64,000 bases of DNA from Oopsacas minuta (lineage: Eukaryota > Animalia > Porifera). Below the pieces are notes generated by a model. The model searched no databases. It saw only the letters and a program-made list of their open reading frames with translations, and was not told the DNA's origin. The stretch covers positions 30,339-94,338 of the forward strand of contig JAKMXF010000018.1 of the NCBI GenBank assembly GCA_024704765.1, in the 5' to 3' direction. Positions 29,692-43,600 of this stretch are shown in pieces. A program made the position numbers and the translations under genes. The first letter of the stretch is position 1, and each line of letters begins with the position of its first letter.

Positions 29692-32600
29692 ATGAGGAGA
29701 CAATCTACTTTTCAAGAAGATCCAGGTGAAATAGTTTCTAGAGTTAGAGAGTGGATACAGGTATGACATGTAAATAACAACAAATCTGTTATATTATTGT
29801 TATTATTCTTTACAGGACGTTACTGGCAAAGAATTGGGACTAGATCTAAGAGAATCTCTCCAGAACGGAGTAGTGTTATGCGAGTAAGTTATTTTTAATC
29901 ATAGTTACACACTCTGGTCTAAGGAATCTTATTAAACCCTATGCATAGATTGATGGCTAAGATTAGACCAGGTTCCATACAACGTGTGAACAAGTTAAAC
30001 TCTCCTATAGCTCATCTGGATAACATAAGATCATTCCTGCAGGCTTGCAGAGTACATTTCATGCTTAATGAAGCTCAAATTTTTGACGTCACAGATCTAC
30101 AAGACCCGGAACAGCGTAGTGGAGCCTTCACCTCTATGGGAGCTAAGGGATGGAACGCAGAGAAAAGACTTAAGAACGTTTGTGTGACTTTATACTGGAT
30201 GGGACGGATATTAGCTGAGGAGCGGACCTATCAGGGACCTCTCCCAGACCTGTCAGTATTCCATCCTGTACTCCCTGGACAATCTGTATGTATTATAAGT
30301 AGAATTTATTTATATCAATATTTTAACACCTCTGTTAGATGTCAGTTCCTATACCAGAGGAACCAGAGGACCAAGTCCTGTCTCCTGGACCCAGGCCCCT
30401 AGAGAATACGCGTCCAGTCCCCAAGCCTATGAGTCCTCCTGTCGTCCCTTCCCGTCCCGATCCTAAGCTAGTCTCACAGATTACCAAACAAGAAGCTGTC
30501 TCTAATAGTGTAAGTGATATTCCTAGTTACCAATATGTGAAATAGGTATTTATAAATATTTGTAGAGTGAATCAGATAATGACGTCATGAAGGATAAAAT
30601 AGAGATACATGTAGTTCCTATTAATGGGAGTTTTGGATTCCATCTACTGTCTAGAGCTGTACCCGGAAGTAACAAGTTTCTATCCACAGTACATTCAGTA
30701 CTGGAAGGTGAGTGTTGTTACTGTCTAACACCTCCTGATTGCCCTTTTCTAGAAGTTACAGTGTATTATTATTATTATTATTATTACTTGTTTACAGATA
30801 GTTCTGCGGGTAGAGCAGGGTTACAGAGAGGAGATGAGTTACTAACGGTTAACGGAATGGATACTAGCTATTTCTCCCATCAACAGATAGTTAAGCTAAT
30901 CAAAGATTCTATAATTGCTCAATCGCTTACATTAGTGATACAGCGGAAACAAGCCGTCGTTATTAATGGTAATGATACACTATATTATATTCATAAATTC
31001 ACACCTCTGCTTGTGTAGATATAGCTCCAGAGACAATAGAGGAGGTTAGACCCCAGACCTCCCCTCAAGAGCCTGTACCCCCTTCAAAAGAGGAACATCC
31101 TCCTGTCCCTGAACCAATCCAACAATCTAGTAATTCTCAGCTGACCAACTCAGCTGATATCTCTCAGAAAGAAGGCGCCATAAATCCGACCCATTATGTG
31201 GTCGATACAGAGGAGACAAAGTACCGACCTGTCCCCCCTATACCCTCTACCCCCCAGGAACCTATCTACGTCAATCAGACCTCCCTGGAACGAGAGCTGA
31301 CAGCTAGCAAGGAACCTGCTCCCAAACAGAAATCCTCTCCTAAGGTTTGTTAGATAATTATATTATTACAGATGTTGACATTCCTTGTTTAGGATCGGTC
31401 TCCTAGAAACAAGAAGAGGGACAAAGAACGTGGTAATCCAGATGGTAACTTGGACATTAAGGAACAGACCATGGGTGCTAAAATACCTCGATCTCAGATG
31501 CCACTCCCTCCTCCTCCCCAGAAGGAGATTCCTCAAGCTCCTAATTCCGAACCAACACGTCGCCGGTTCTTCTCCAAGAAGAGCGGGGACAGCTCTCCCA
31601 CCAAGAGATCCTCCTGGAAGTCTGGATGGAAAGAGGCTATAGTGCAGACAGTGGATATAACCTCTCCCCCAGCTAGACTGGAGAGTGTAAGGTGAGTTAT
31701 TCATGATGTATGTATGATAACTTATTTGAAAACAAGCTAGCTAGCTAAAATATTTGAATTAATCTTACGGATAGATTATACTCATGTGTGTAGATTGGAC
31801 CCATCGGAGGACTCAGGAGAGGACCTGCTAGACACGAACAGACGGGAGCTAGTAGCTAAGGATAGGAACAATAGAGTTAGCATGACAGATCCCTTCAAAG
31901 GTATTCTACCGGTATCCGATGGAAGGAGTCTCTTGGATGAAATATTTCCTGACGGAGAGGATCTACAGCTGGGAACTATTCTCAAAGGTTTAATACATTC
32001 CATTTGTTATGTATTCTTGTTATGTTATTGTTTACAGATGACAGTCCCCTGAAGACACCTCCCCAACAGAGACAACAGCCTAGCAAGGAGTATTTTGCTA
32101 AAATATTGAATCCTCAGATATCCCAGCAGGACACATACCAACCTCCCGTACCCTTAACTAAGGACGTGCGGCTGAGAGAGAGGGAGCCAGAGATGCAGAC
32201 ATATACTTCCAACAGATCATCTTCCTCCTCTGAGCGACACTCCGCTAAACTTGTAGGATCTCTCCTGGCCTCTTCTGGTGCTCAAGTAACACCTGTTAAC
32301 AGCGACAGGTTAGTTATGAGTTAGTAAGAATGGAATGTTATAGTTTTATTAACTTATATAATTCTGTTAGGAAAAATGAAAGGAGGGAGACTCATCAACA
32401 ACCGCCAGTTATAAACTCTAACGGACATCAACAACAACAAGGTTTGTCACTATAGATTATACAGCTTAGAAACCATAAATACCATTAGTTATGTGTATTA
32501 CAGATCCTGTAATGTCTACACACAGTCTACCTGTATCTACAAGACCTATACAGGTTCCTCCTGCCTCTAACAGCTCTGTGTGTAGCTCTCCTCCTAGACA

Positions 32601-33498
32601 GACATATACCAAACAGCAGGTAGGATTAAGCATAACATACTATTACATTATTTATACACACATTCCTTAGTTACCAAGCGATCACCAAGGATATTCCAAG
32701 ATATCTAGAGCTAAATCTTTTACGGGTAGTCATCAGTCTCGAGAGTCTAGTGATGAAAGGAACTTTACTCGCCTAATGAATAGAGGTTATCCTGGTAGTG
32801 ATTATTCTCAGGGACAGGGCAACAAGATTGCTTATCCTCAGGATTGGAGTCAGGGAGGTAGGTATGACGTTATGTTACCATGGTAACATAAGCTATGCTG
32901 TGTTCTAGGTTATCTCCAGAGAGGTCAGTCTCTAAGACAAGATCCAGGCTTTTATAAATCCCCAAACCGTCCTACCATGCAAATGGTGCCTCATTATGGA
33001 CATAGGGATCAAAGAATTGGTCCCTACATGTACCCACAGAACCAGTATAACCAGGGATACCCTCAGGTCCAATCGTACCCTTCTGTACAAACAGGTGTTA
33101 GACCCCAAAGACCAGCTGAACCTCAGAGCCCTAGAGACGGACAATACTCTTCTAAGGTTTGTATACATTGTTATTTTTGTTTATTTTGTCTGTTTATCTT
33201 TGTTTACAGATTTTTAGAATAAACCAGACAAACGCATCGATCCCTTGCACCTCTTGTAAGATACCTCTGGGGGTAGGCCCTGCTGCAGGTATACACGGTC
33301 TCCCTAACATATATCATCCACCCTGCTTCCTGTGTGAGGTATGCGGAGGTCAGCTGTTCGAGACAACTTTCGTAATCCGCGGCAAACTGCACTGCAAATG
33401 TTGTGAAGACAGCAAGGATGGTAGGTTATTAGTTCCAGTTCAATATGGGACTATCTTATAAGTGTTATCCTGTAGGCAATCCCTCCACCGTGTGCTGA
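29692..33498 (+). CDS. LMO7: CH-PDZ-LIM protein, LMO7/LIMCH1 family
   Basis: CH domain with DNIRSFLQAC...AQIFDVTDLQD...RLKNVCVTLYWMGR. PDZ domain GFHLL...SSAGRAGLQRGDELLTVNG. C-terminal LIM domain CTSC...HPPCFLCEVC...HCKCC. Ends GNPSTVC*. Confidence 0.85.
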
Positions 33499-33633
33499 AC
33501 AGCTGATCCCTATATATGCTCTATACGAATGTTAATACCTATGTTATATGTAATGACGTCATTCATTAATTTATTCACTGATGCAATTATAATACATTAT
33601 CCTAGCAACAGCAATTCATACAGAAATGTGATG

Positions 33634-34326
33634 TTAAATTTGGATTTCCGGTTTGATAACACCTCTATACCATGCGACCTGTAGTAACACCATGAGGTCT
33701 AGAGTAACCTGTGTGCCTCCACAGACCAGGAACTGTATAGGTGTCTCTCTGATTATGAAATAACTGGTTTTATAGATGTCCCCGAATAGCCACATCATCA
33801 CCATGGAAACGGACATTCCTTGTGTCGATTTAGAACTCCAGTTGCCTAGTAACTGAGGTAGTCCCATTCCGGACTCCGTAACCAAGGCAACGTAACCTAG
33901 TACTGTGTAGTAACCATCTGTGTTTATGAGGAATGTTAAGAATGTTAAGAATGTGATTAATCCAATAGTGAAGGTAAGATAGTCTATGAACCTTGTCCAT
34001 CTCCAGAAGTGTTTATATAACCCTCTCCCCCAGATCCTCCTCTCCTCTCTCTCCCCCTCAGCACGTACACACACCCACATAACACCTAGCATAACTAGAA
34101 ACATGAAAATACTCTGGGCCAGTAACTGAGACTCAAATCTGACTCCATACCAGAAGAATAGTCTCACTGTATTTGCTATTAATAGTATCATGCAGGTTAA
34201 TGTTGAGAATCCCTTAGCACTCCCTCGCGTGTAGATCTTATAAGTCTGTGGAATGTAAGCCAATCCTCCGCCGAATATAATAAACGCAGAGCTGAGGTAT
34301 AACCCGGCACTCTTAATAACTTCCAT
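33634..34326 (-). CDS. SLC66A2: PQ-loop membrane protein (PQLC1/SLC66A2-like), single exon
   Basis: Two PQ loops (YIPQTYKIY, GLPQLLGNW), GFSTLTC, GMSVSMVMMWLFGDIYKT and multiple TM helices. Confidence 0.88.
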   Translation of the reverse strand: MEVIKSAGLYLSSAFIIFGGGLAYIPQTYKIYTRGSAKGFSTLTCMILLIANTVRLFFWYGVRFESQLLAQSIFMFLVMLGVMWVCVRAEGEREERRIWGRGLYKHFWRWTRFIDYLTFTIGLITFLTFLTFLINTDGYYTVLGYVALVTESGMGLPQLLGNWSSKSTQGMSVSMVMMWLFGDIYKTSYFIIRETPIQFLVCGGTQVTLDLMVLLQVAWYRGVIKPEIQI

Positions 34327-34547
34327 TATATCTTATTAATTCGTATTATTTGGTTTATATGAGTACTAATTCAATTTCTGTGCATATATTATGTGCTAGC
34401 TACTATCACTGAAGCGATCTATTAGCCAGTTATATAAGATAGATGAGAGGTGTTACTATAGTAATACACAGCTGGGTTATTGAGTGCGTCATAATGTATT
34501 ACAGAGTGTAATATTCGTTAGAGAAAGATGCGGCAGATAGCTGCTAT

Positions 34548-34583
34548 CTGATTGGCTGAGAGGAGGGAGGACAGGTATAAATA
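34548..34583 (+). promoter_or_regulatory. Inverted CCAAT box and TATA box upstream of the CAP-Gly gene (divergent from PQLC1)
   Basis: CTGATTGGCTG at 34548-34558 and TATAAATA at 34576-34583, 28 nt before ATG 34611. Confidence 0.55.
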
Positions 34584-34610
34584 GGAGGAGAGATAGGCTT
34601 TAGAACTGAA

Positions 34611-37600
34611 ATGAAACTCAATTCTTCTGCCAACAAACATCAGTGGAAATCAGTCCTAGCCTTTAGAGTATGTTTACTTTATTGTTTGTTTGTAAACAAT
34701 TTATTGTTGTTTATTTGTAGGAACCAAGTGGAATCCCCTCCCTACAACACCTTACTCATAACAGCTGTTCTTGTTCAAACTGCAAGCTGGCTACCAAGAA
34801 GTTAAGTAGAGGGAGTCCTCATAATGGAGGGCAGTGTCTGTCCAGACGAGCTGAGATTAACCTCAGACTGGGAGATCGTGTAGCATTTAAGGGTAAGACA
34901 GGTGAGTATCCTGTCCTGTGTGTCTATGACTAGTAATTGAGTTAATGCATTATTATAGGAATAGTGAGATATATGGGAGTAATGGATTCTAAGTTTGAGG
35001 ATGGAGATTTATTTGCTGGAATTAAGCTAGATGATCCTCTAGGGGATCATGATGGTGTTGTTAAGGGTAAGAGGTACTTCTCCTGTCCTGACAAGCATGG
35101 TATCATGGTACCAGCTGCTAGTGTAGCTATGTTACTACCTAGAGAGGTGAGAACCATTATATAATGTATTATTTTTATTATTATTATTATTGTAATTAGA
35201 TGAAGCAGAAGACTCAGGACGGATTGAACCTTCTTCCAAAAGACAAACAGTCTAAAGTTAGGTAATAACACCTTATAAATCAGCTGATAGATCAGCTGTT
35301 TTATTAATAATTTATTTGTAGCGCTACTCAGACTTCACCTATTTCCCCTCACGGTAGAAAGGGTGTTCCTACTAAACCCTCTCTGACCAACAGACTCCTA
35401 GCAGAGCTCCCAGACTCCAGATTCTATAGGTCTCCCTCTCCTGATTCAGAGCTAAAGGAACTCAGTGAGATATCCGACTGGGCAGCTAGTTGGGGAGGGG
35501 ATCATCAGGCCTGGGCTATGGCCGGGACTCTTGAGAGACTTAAGAGGGCTAATAGACGGGGTGCACAGGAACAGAACTGGCAGAGAGTACTGTTGTATTT
35601 GGAGCAGGAAATGCCTGATGAGTTGAGAGGAGAGCTAGAGACTATTCAGCAGCTCAGGGCTCAAATAGGAATAGTTAGAGAGGAGAGAGAGGTTATAGAG
35701 AGGGAAGGTAAAGATTCTCATATTGTTATCAGTAAGCAGGATATGTCACAGGAAATCGCTGATATTAACAATAAGATTCAAGTAAGTATATACTATTGTA
35801 TGTACAGTTATACTGTGTATTCTATCTGTATACTGTATGTAGGAAGAGATGCATAAATTCTCATTGCTACAGACAGCTATAGAAGAAGAGAAAAGGCTTA
35901 GAGAGAGTATTAAGGTATTTTAACTCTTAATAGTATTAGCTTATACTTGTACAGTGTATACCGGTTATAAGAAGTAGTAATACATGTTCTTAACACCGGT
36001 ATAAATATACAGGAATATATGGTAACAAGTTTGCAGAGGCATACACTGTATTCCCAGGACTGTTAATCTGTATATCTGACCTATAACCAAGAGAATATTT
36101 ATAGTCTTCTAATTAATCGTTAAAGTAATCTTAGAATTATCCAGGATACTTCTGTAGGAGCAGAGCTTAAAGAAGATGAGTACAGAGGAGCTAGACATAC
36201 TGGAGAGACAGCTAGCTCAACCTGTACACTGATATACTATATTATTGTGCTGTTATATATATGTAATGTTATCGCTATTAAACATGTATATGAGTTACAG
36301 TTATATCTAACACAGATGCATAGAAATGCCCTTTAGCATCGATTAACGGTAGTTAAGTGTATATGATTAATCATATGTGTAATCTTAACACATATAGCTA
36401 AATAGAGAGATGACAGACATAGACTTAGGTAATTACAATGATGACGAGCTAGAAGTACTAATGAAGAGGATAGCAATTGCTAAACAAAGGAAAGAGAAAA
36501 GAACTCCAGAGCCTTCATCTCCCCCTCTTATGAGAGGTAATCATACTCCAGAGACCTATGTAGAGGAATCTACAAACTATAATCACAGAGATAGAGATGA
36601 AAGTGTTAACTACAGACCAGATCCTGTAGAATACGTAGATAATAGCTATACACGTGATCACTATACTAAGGATAAAATCACTACCATAGAAGGTATGTAA
36701 TTGTAGAGGATTACTACTGGGAACATGTTCTCACTATTTTAATGCGTAGATAGTGATTCAGATGATTTAGAGAGTTTAGAGTCTTTCATTAATCAGAACT
36801 TAAGACCGGAACTATCAAATGAAGAATGGTAACTATAATTATTTGTTAATCAGTTGATCTTGTTAAATAATTCACATTCCAATCCAGGTTATTCGTATCT
36901 GCGTTATCTCATAAAACAGATCAAAGTAGGAAATGTAAAGTATCTGATTGGTTAAATATAGGATCAGAAGATCAGTTCGATGACATGCCGGATTATAAAC
37001 CTACAAGGAGAACCGGTATATTATATTATAAAAATATCTAATTTGATTAACACTAACATTCCATAATTACTGTAGTCCCCCCATAGATACGAACTTGTAC
37101 AGTAGGTATTCATTTATACCTTGTAGTCCACCTTCTCTCCCTATCCCACTTTCCTTAACACCTCCGAATGGTGTCCAGACTGAGCTAATCATCCCCTCAT
37201 TAACTCCAATCAGTCCATATTGTAGTTGTGGCGTCACTCTGTGTATCTGCCTGTAGTCTGTAGTCATGACGTAAGCAGCTAATCCCTCTTTGACCTAATA
37301 CGTTAGTATAATACACTAATTATTAATTAACTCCCAATAAAGTTAAATTGACTGTAATTACATTGTTAGCTAGATGAATAGCCTCTTCCTCTGTATCAAA
37401 TGCTCTCACAGGTATCACAGGTCCAAATGTCTCTTCATTCCATATATCCATATCCTCAGTTAGTCCTGATAAGAGAGTAGGTTGATAGAAATGTCCGTTA
37501 CCTATCTTATCCCCTCCCACTAGCACCTCTCCTCCTTTTTCTACACCGTCTGTAATGTGACGTGTTACCTTATCAACAGCTGATTGGTTTATGAGAGGAC

Positions 37601-40600
37601 CTAGCTCTGCCCCTTCTTCTAGTCCGTCTGCTACCCTCTTACCCTTAATCAGGTCTACACACCTCTCTAACACCTCTTCTATCCGGCTGGTGTGTACTAG
37701 TACTCTATTAGCACTGATACAGGTCTGTCCGTTGTTACGGAACTTAGTTGTGTTGATAGCACGCATGACTACCTCAATATCAGCTGATGGGAATATTATA
37801 AAGGGGGCATTACCGCCTAATTCTAAGGTTACCTTCTTAACAGTACTGCTACACAACTTGTATAGCTTCTTACCAACAACACAGCTCCCTACAGTGTATG
37901 CAGGTTATGAGAACACCCTTGAGAGCAGCAATACATGATCTTATAACCAGTATCTACTGTATTACCTGTAAATGATAGTCCCTGTATGTCTGGGTTGGTA
38001 CACATCTCCTCTCCCACTGCCGGGGTGCTAGACTTGTCTGACGTCACTACGTTAAACACCCCTCTAGGAATCCCTGCCCTATCTCCCAGCTCCGCTAGTG
38101 CCAGGGCAGACAGAGGGGTCTCTTCAGAAGGTTTGAGTACCACCGTGCATCCGGCTGCCAGAGCAGCAGCTGTCTTTCTCAGAGGTAGCAATACAGGGAA
38201 GTTCCATGAGGTTATGAAGGCACAGGCTCCTATAGGCTCTCTGTATAGTAAGCTTTGCGTCATGCCGGATTGTGTCGGTATAATTTCTCCGTATATACGC
38301 CTAGCTGCTTCGGAATACCACTATAATACACAGCAAATAATACAATACAGTAAATGCTACCACAATTGTGGAGACTACACAGTATATAAATTTTATATGA
38401 CACATTACCTCGAGGTAAGAGGCCCCGTAGTCAACCTCCCCTAGACCTTCCTTTAGGACCTTCCCTGATTCTAGCGTTATTAGTGTCCCCAGTGCATTCC
38501 TATGCTCCATAACCGTATCTAACCAGCGTCTCAACAACTGTCCTCTCTCATTTCCACTCTTTAGCCTCCAACCCAGCTGAGCAGTCCTAGCACAAGCTAT
38601 AGCATCCCTGATATCTGATTGGTTCATATCAGGTACTGATCCTATCTTCTCTAGGGTAGACGGATTAATGACGTCATATGATTTAGAGGATTTGATCCAT
38701 TCTCCATTCACATACGCCTGAGACTTTAATAGATGTGATACTGAGCCTAATGCACGCTGCATTCCTATTACACAACCTGGTTGCTAGGTTAATAACACTA
38801 TAATTATAGATTATCGCAGAACTCCTTCTCCATTGTCACGATACGCTCGTGTACCCAGAGCTCAATCCCCCCTCTTCAGCTCCAGGGGGCAGGACATGGA
38901 TACAGGAGGTCTATTTAAGATATCATCAGGTCCCAGTAGGTATCTGGAGAGGGTAGAGAAGAGGAGTCTCGCCTCACCACCCCTCCATGACCCCTCAGAT
39001 ATAAATAGTAAGTTATTATAATATTCTCATTAGTTATACCATAAGCTCTGGCTATATATACGAAATTATTGTTATAGGAGATTATGTAGCGGACACATCT
39101 CCGATAGACTCACCCATTAGACAGTCTCCTGACTGGGAGAGAGAGATCACCTCTTCCCCCAGGACAATAGACCAGATGACAGGACACAGATACTCCCCAC
39201 AGGTGTCATTATATAATTAGATTATACAATCATAAATTATAATCACATACCATATAGCGTTGTGAGATAAGTAACACCCGAGTTACCTAGTAGACGGCAG
39301 GAATGTGTCTACTTTTAGCTTGTTAATATTATTACACAATTTCTCTCATAATTACTCTTGTCTGCAATCATCTATTTTAAAATATAAAACCATTCTAGAA
39401 TCTACAGCGATTATAACACATATAACCTAGCTAGCCATAATCTTATAAATCCTTACAAATGTAAATATCTGACATAGATTAGACTCAATTCTTGTGAGTA
39501 AATAGCAGTTATACATTTATTAGAATTATGGTTAAGTTAATACACTCAATATATAAGTACTGTGTTAGGCTGTATTTAACTTGTACAATACAAATTGAAT
39601 TAGAATCAAACTGGACCACCCAGAGCATACACAGGTCCCTGAGGACCAGATCTCTAGCTTCCAGCAGTCTAGTGTATTCTTAACTTCCTTGCCTTATTGG
39701 CCATTATTACAGACTCAATTAAAGGAACATTTTACGATAATAAAGCAAGCTATATTACACGCAATACAATGCGAGGCTACAGACACTATTGGAATAATTG
39801 TGTCAGATATTCTGTTCTATGTCAGACGGTATAAGAAGTATTTCTCTAAACAAGATCATATAATGCTTATAGAAATCCTATACGATATGGTATGTAGGGA
39901 CCCCCTTCCTCCTCACGGTCTATCCGCCTGTCTAGTTGCACTCATCGACCTGCTCCTCCCCCAGAGACTGATCACCAGATCTGACCTCACTCTACGCTGG
40001 CGTCCCCTATACGATCTGTACCTCCGTATAAAGAAGGAGTCCATAACTAGAATGCACCCCTCTCTATGGGGGCTACTAGACCCCATCGTACAGCTAGCCG
40101 CCCTGGCATCCTCCTACTTCCCTGAAGAAGCTACAGCAGAGATCCTGAGAGAGCTATACCCCCAGATCCACCCCTCCCTCTCCTCTAACACATATATGCT
40201 TGTACTAACTCTACTGACCGCATTCCTACCCGTAGATGTACCTCCTCATGTATGGGGACTATGGTTTAATGACGTCACTAAGTTATGGTTAGGCTCTGGG
40301 GTTATACTACCTAAGGGGGAGTGTAGAGTCCTGTATCTCCTCTCTCGTCTGGCTCCTCGTACTGTCGGGAGAGTAGATTGGTCGCCACACTTGCATCAGC
40401 TGTTTGATCAGCTGTTGAGGAGTGTACACATTCCTGTAGGACCACTTAAATTCACATTCAAGTCTCGTACAGTTCTTCCTATACAGAAGTTCTCTAAGAT
40501 AATAGTGTTCTCAATATATCAGGGATCACAGACCCTATCTCATCTCAAACAGTTGATGCTTGCTTTAGAAACATTCTTCCATCCTTCTAATGACGGGAGA

Positions 40601-43600
40601 CATCTTAAGAATCTTATAACGCTAGTCACTACTCTGGTATCAGATTTTATGGTTCGTATAACCAGAGAGTCAGGGGTAAAACCTGTTCCTGCCTCTTTGC
40701 AGATACCCCCTGAGTTCCGATTGACCGAGGGGGATATCGATCAGTTCGTGACAACTGTCCTACCTTCTTTGAGACTAGCTCTCTTCACCAAGGAGGAGAG
40801 GTACCAGTTCCAAATAGCTGGGTGTCTGGGCCCCCTAAGCACAATAAGACCCCGTATGTTTGTTCCTGAAATGATTGAGGAGTGTAAGGAGGCTCTTGTC
40901 TCAGTGACAGAGCCCCATAGACTGACGTCACTGCTCAGCTGTTTATATTCTGTATCAGCTTGTCTTACTACAGGTCTGCCTGATTTCCCAGAGGGTCGCA
41001 CTTACGTCATCCCGTTACTACACGCTATACTACCTGGTATAGACGTTAATGACGCGTTTAAGACTGCTCTATCTCTCAAAGTAATCACCCAGCTGATCTC
41101 TGGAATACCATTGGTTGACTGTTCTAAGTCTCCGCCTATGAATAGCATCGGAAGAGAACTAGCAGCTCAGACCGCTCTTTTTGAGGATTTTATTCTGGAA
41201 TTTATTTCTAAAATGTTTCATTTCTTGCAGTGTGCTACCACTTCTGTAACTCTAGGAGAGCTGGAAGGAATGCAGACAGGTCCTCATATACATTCCATTG
41301 ATATAGGTATGTCGTTACAATCAAATATAGTGTTACTGTTCCCTGTTAGTCTATCAGTGGTCCTATCTTCTTGCCCTCTCTCCCTCTACGAGAGAGCTGT
41401 TTCTAAGATATTCCAGCTGACCTGTGGAATGTTTGCCTCTGTTGATAAGCCAGGCACCAGTCCCTATCCTGTAATACTATCCCATCTGACAGCTTGCCAA
41501 CACGGGAGTGATACAGCCCGTATGTTCTTTTCTCATTGTCTGCAGTGTATCAAGCGTGTAGCTTCTGAAATACAGCTGGAAAAGGAGGAGAGAGGGGATC
41601 CTGAGATTAAATGGAATCTGGAGCTTCTCTCCTCGGTGGTACAGTACGGGGCTAGACACGCCCTCTCTCATCTCTCTGACATAAGAGAGGTGTTAAGACT
41701 TACTCGATACTCTAAATGTAAGGAGATATACCAGATGTCCTCAGGACTACTTTGTGACGTAATCACTTGTCTCAGCGGTGTATACATTCTCCCTAAATAC
41801 CAATTCGGTGTAGATCTAGACCTCTCCCCCTCAGACAGGGACTATCTAGAGGATTGGGGTACATACTTCCAGAAGAATGAGGTCAGAGCTCAATGGCATA
41901 TTCCTAGCATCGAGGAAATAGAAGGAGTGGAGTCTCTATTACAAGAATTCTTGTTACCTGAATTATTAAAGATAAGAGAATTTGTATCAGGTTCTATAGA
42001 GCTATCACGTGATGAGTTACAGAATATATTAACACTTATAGAGTCAGGATTCCTTGCTTCAGCCTTTAGATTCATAGAAGTTACTGACCCTCCTCTCTCT
42101 GAATATGATCAGTTAATTACTGAGGATCTTGTGTACCTAACAAGACACATTATAACATGTAACAGGCCTGTGTACAGGTTAGAATCCTATAAAATGGATG
42201 AATTATGTCCTCTCATACATTCTCTGTCTGTTAAGCTGTTTGCAGAGAGACAGCATGAGACAGAATCCATGAGACTCCTGGTGTCTATCATTCAATCACT
42301 CCTATCTCCCTCTCAGACCGTGTCCTGCTGGAGTCAGCTGAGATTATTCAAGATAGATAAACACATCATGTCAGTCAGGACAGCTCATAAACGCCTCTAC
42401 TCTCAGCTATACTTACTCTACCGTCTGGAGTCTACACACGATTGTGTAGGCTTAGAAGATCACGTTGACATCGTAACTGTTTCTAAGGAATGTCTGCTTA
42501 TTGACTTGTTTAACCTAGCCACCTCTGAGTACGTCATAACCCGTCAGTATGCTCAGTACCAACTGGACAAGTGCTTCACACGGTACCTGTTTAGTAGGAG
42601 GTTCATGTTCCCACATATACTGCCCCTTCTAGGAGGAGACACACCCAGAGAGAGACTCAAGGGGGCACTCCGCACCCTCCTCTACAACAAGAATCTATTT
42701 TTAGAATACATATGTTGTAGACCTGATCTCATATCACAACTAATTCCATCTCTCCTATCCTGTAACCATACAGACAAGCAGCCTATTATAGATCTCCTAT
42801 ACTCCGTATTTGGTGTTATACGACAGCTGGTCGGTCTCCTGGACCCTGAACTAACCAGATTCTCAACTGAGACACAGAGGACTGCCCTGGAGAGGTTGGG
42901 TGTTCCTCTCCCAAGTGAGACCCTCGTAAGAGTCATGTCAGTCCGTGATAGCAAGCGTGATAGTGATATGAAGGCTTACCTGGTATTTGTGTCCGATCTG
43001 ATTAAATTCATCAAGGCCCCCTCTTCCTCTCTCTTCTTTGAGTTTGCTGTCTCCATTCTCTCTTCCCTTCCTCACCCGACCCTCCCTCGTCCTCCTGAGC
43101 TAATTCCTACCCTCCTCCCCCTCTTGGTACACGATACAGTTAGTGTCAGATACACAGCTATGTCTATCCTTGAGAGTATTTTAAAGTTTAAGAGGAATTC
43201 TTACAAGAAAATACTGCTGGTAACGATTGAACAGGTAATGGATAGTGTAGCATCTCTCAAACTGGAGCCAAGCAACACTAGTGTGAAATTGGAATTCGGA
43301 GAATGTGAAGAGAACAGATGGCTCTGTATTATGGAGGATGACCTGACAAGAGAAGCTATGTCGCAATCAGAATGGAATGCTATTACATTTGTAGATAAGA
43401 TGTACGTCGGTTACGTCAGACCCTGGCCTAGCGACTTACAAATATTTGCACCAGCTAAGGACCAGAGCATCAGTACAGATTATGATAGAGAGGACAGACA
43501 TATCATCAGCTGGTTCCAGGATGAGAAAAACGCTAAGACCCTGATTACATTCCTCTCGTTGGAAGAGAGGAAGAATGCAGAGGAATTCCGTATACATGTA

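Noticed and set aside
36750-36832. CAP-Gly protein ending in EEW*, mimicking the EEY/F CAP-Gly ligand (autoinhibition)
   Set aside because: A donor at 36829 (TG|GTAACT) splices in phase to an open exon at 36888-37015, so the stop probably lies in an intron. It would be real only as an intron-retention isoform.
38833-39202. Exons 38810-39202 as the N-terminus of PSME4
   Set aside because: The phase-0 donor at 39203 does not fit the best acceptor (39603, which needs phase 2) but fits 45159. Weak in-frame AGs at 39634 and 39649 leave a minor fusion isoform possible.
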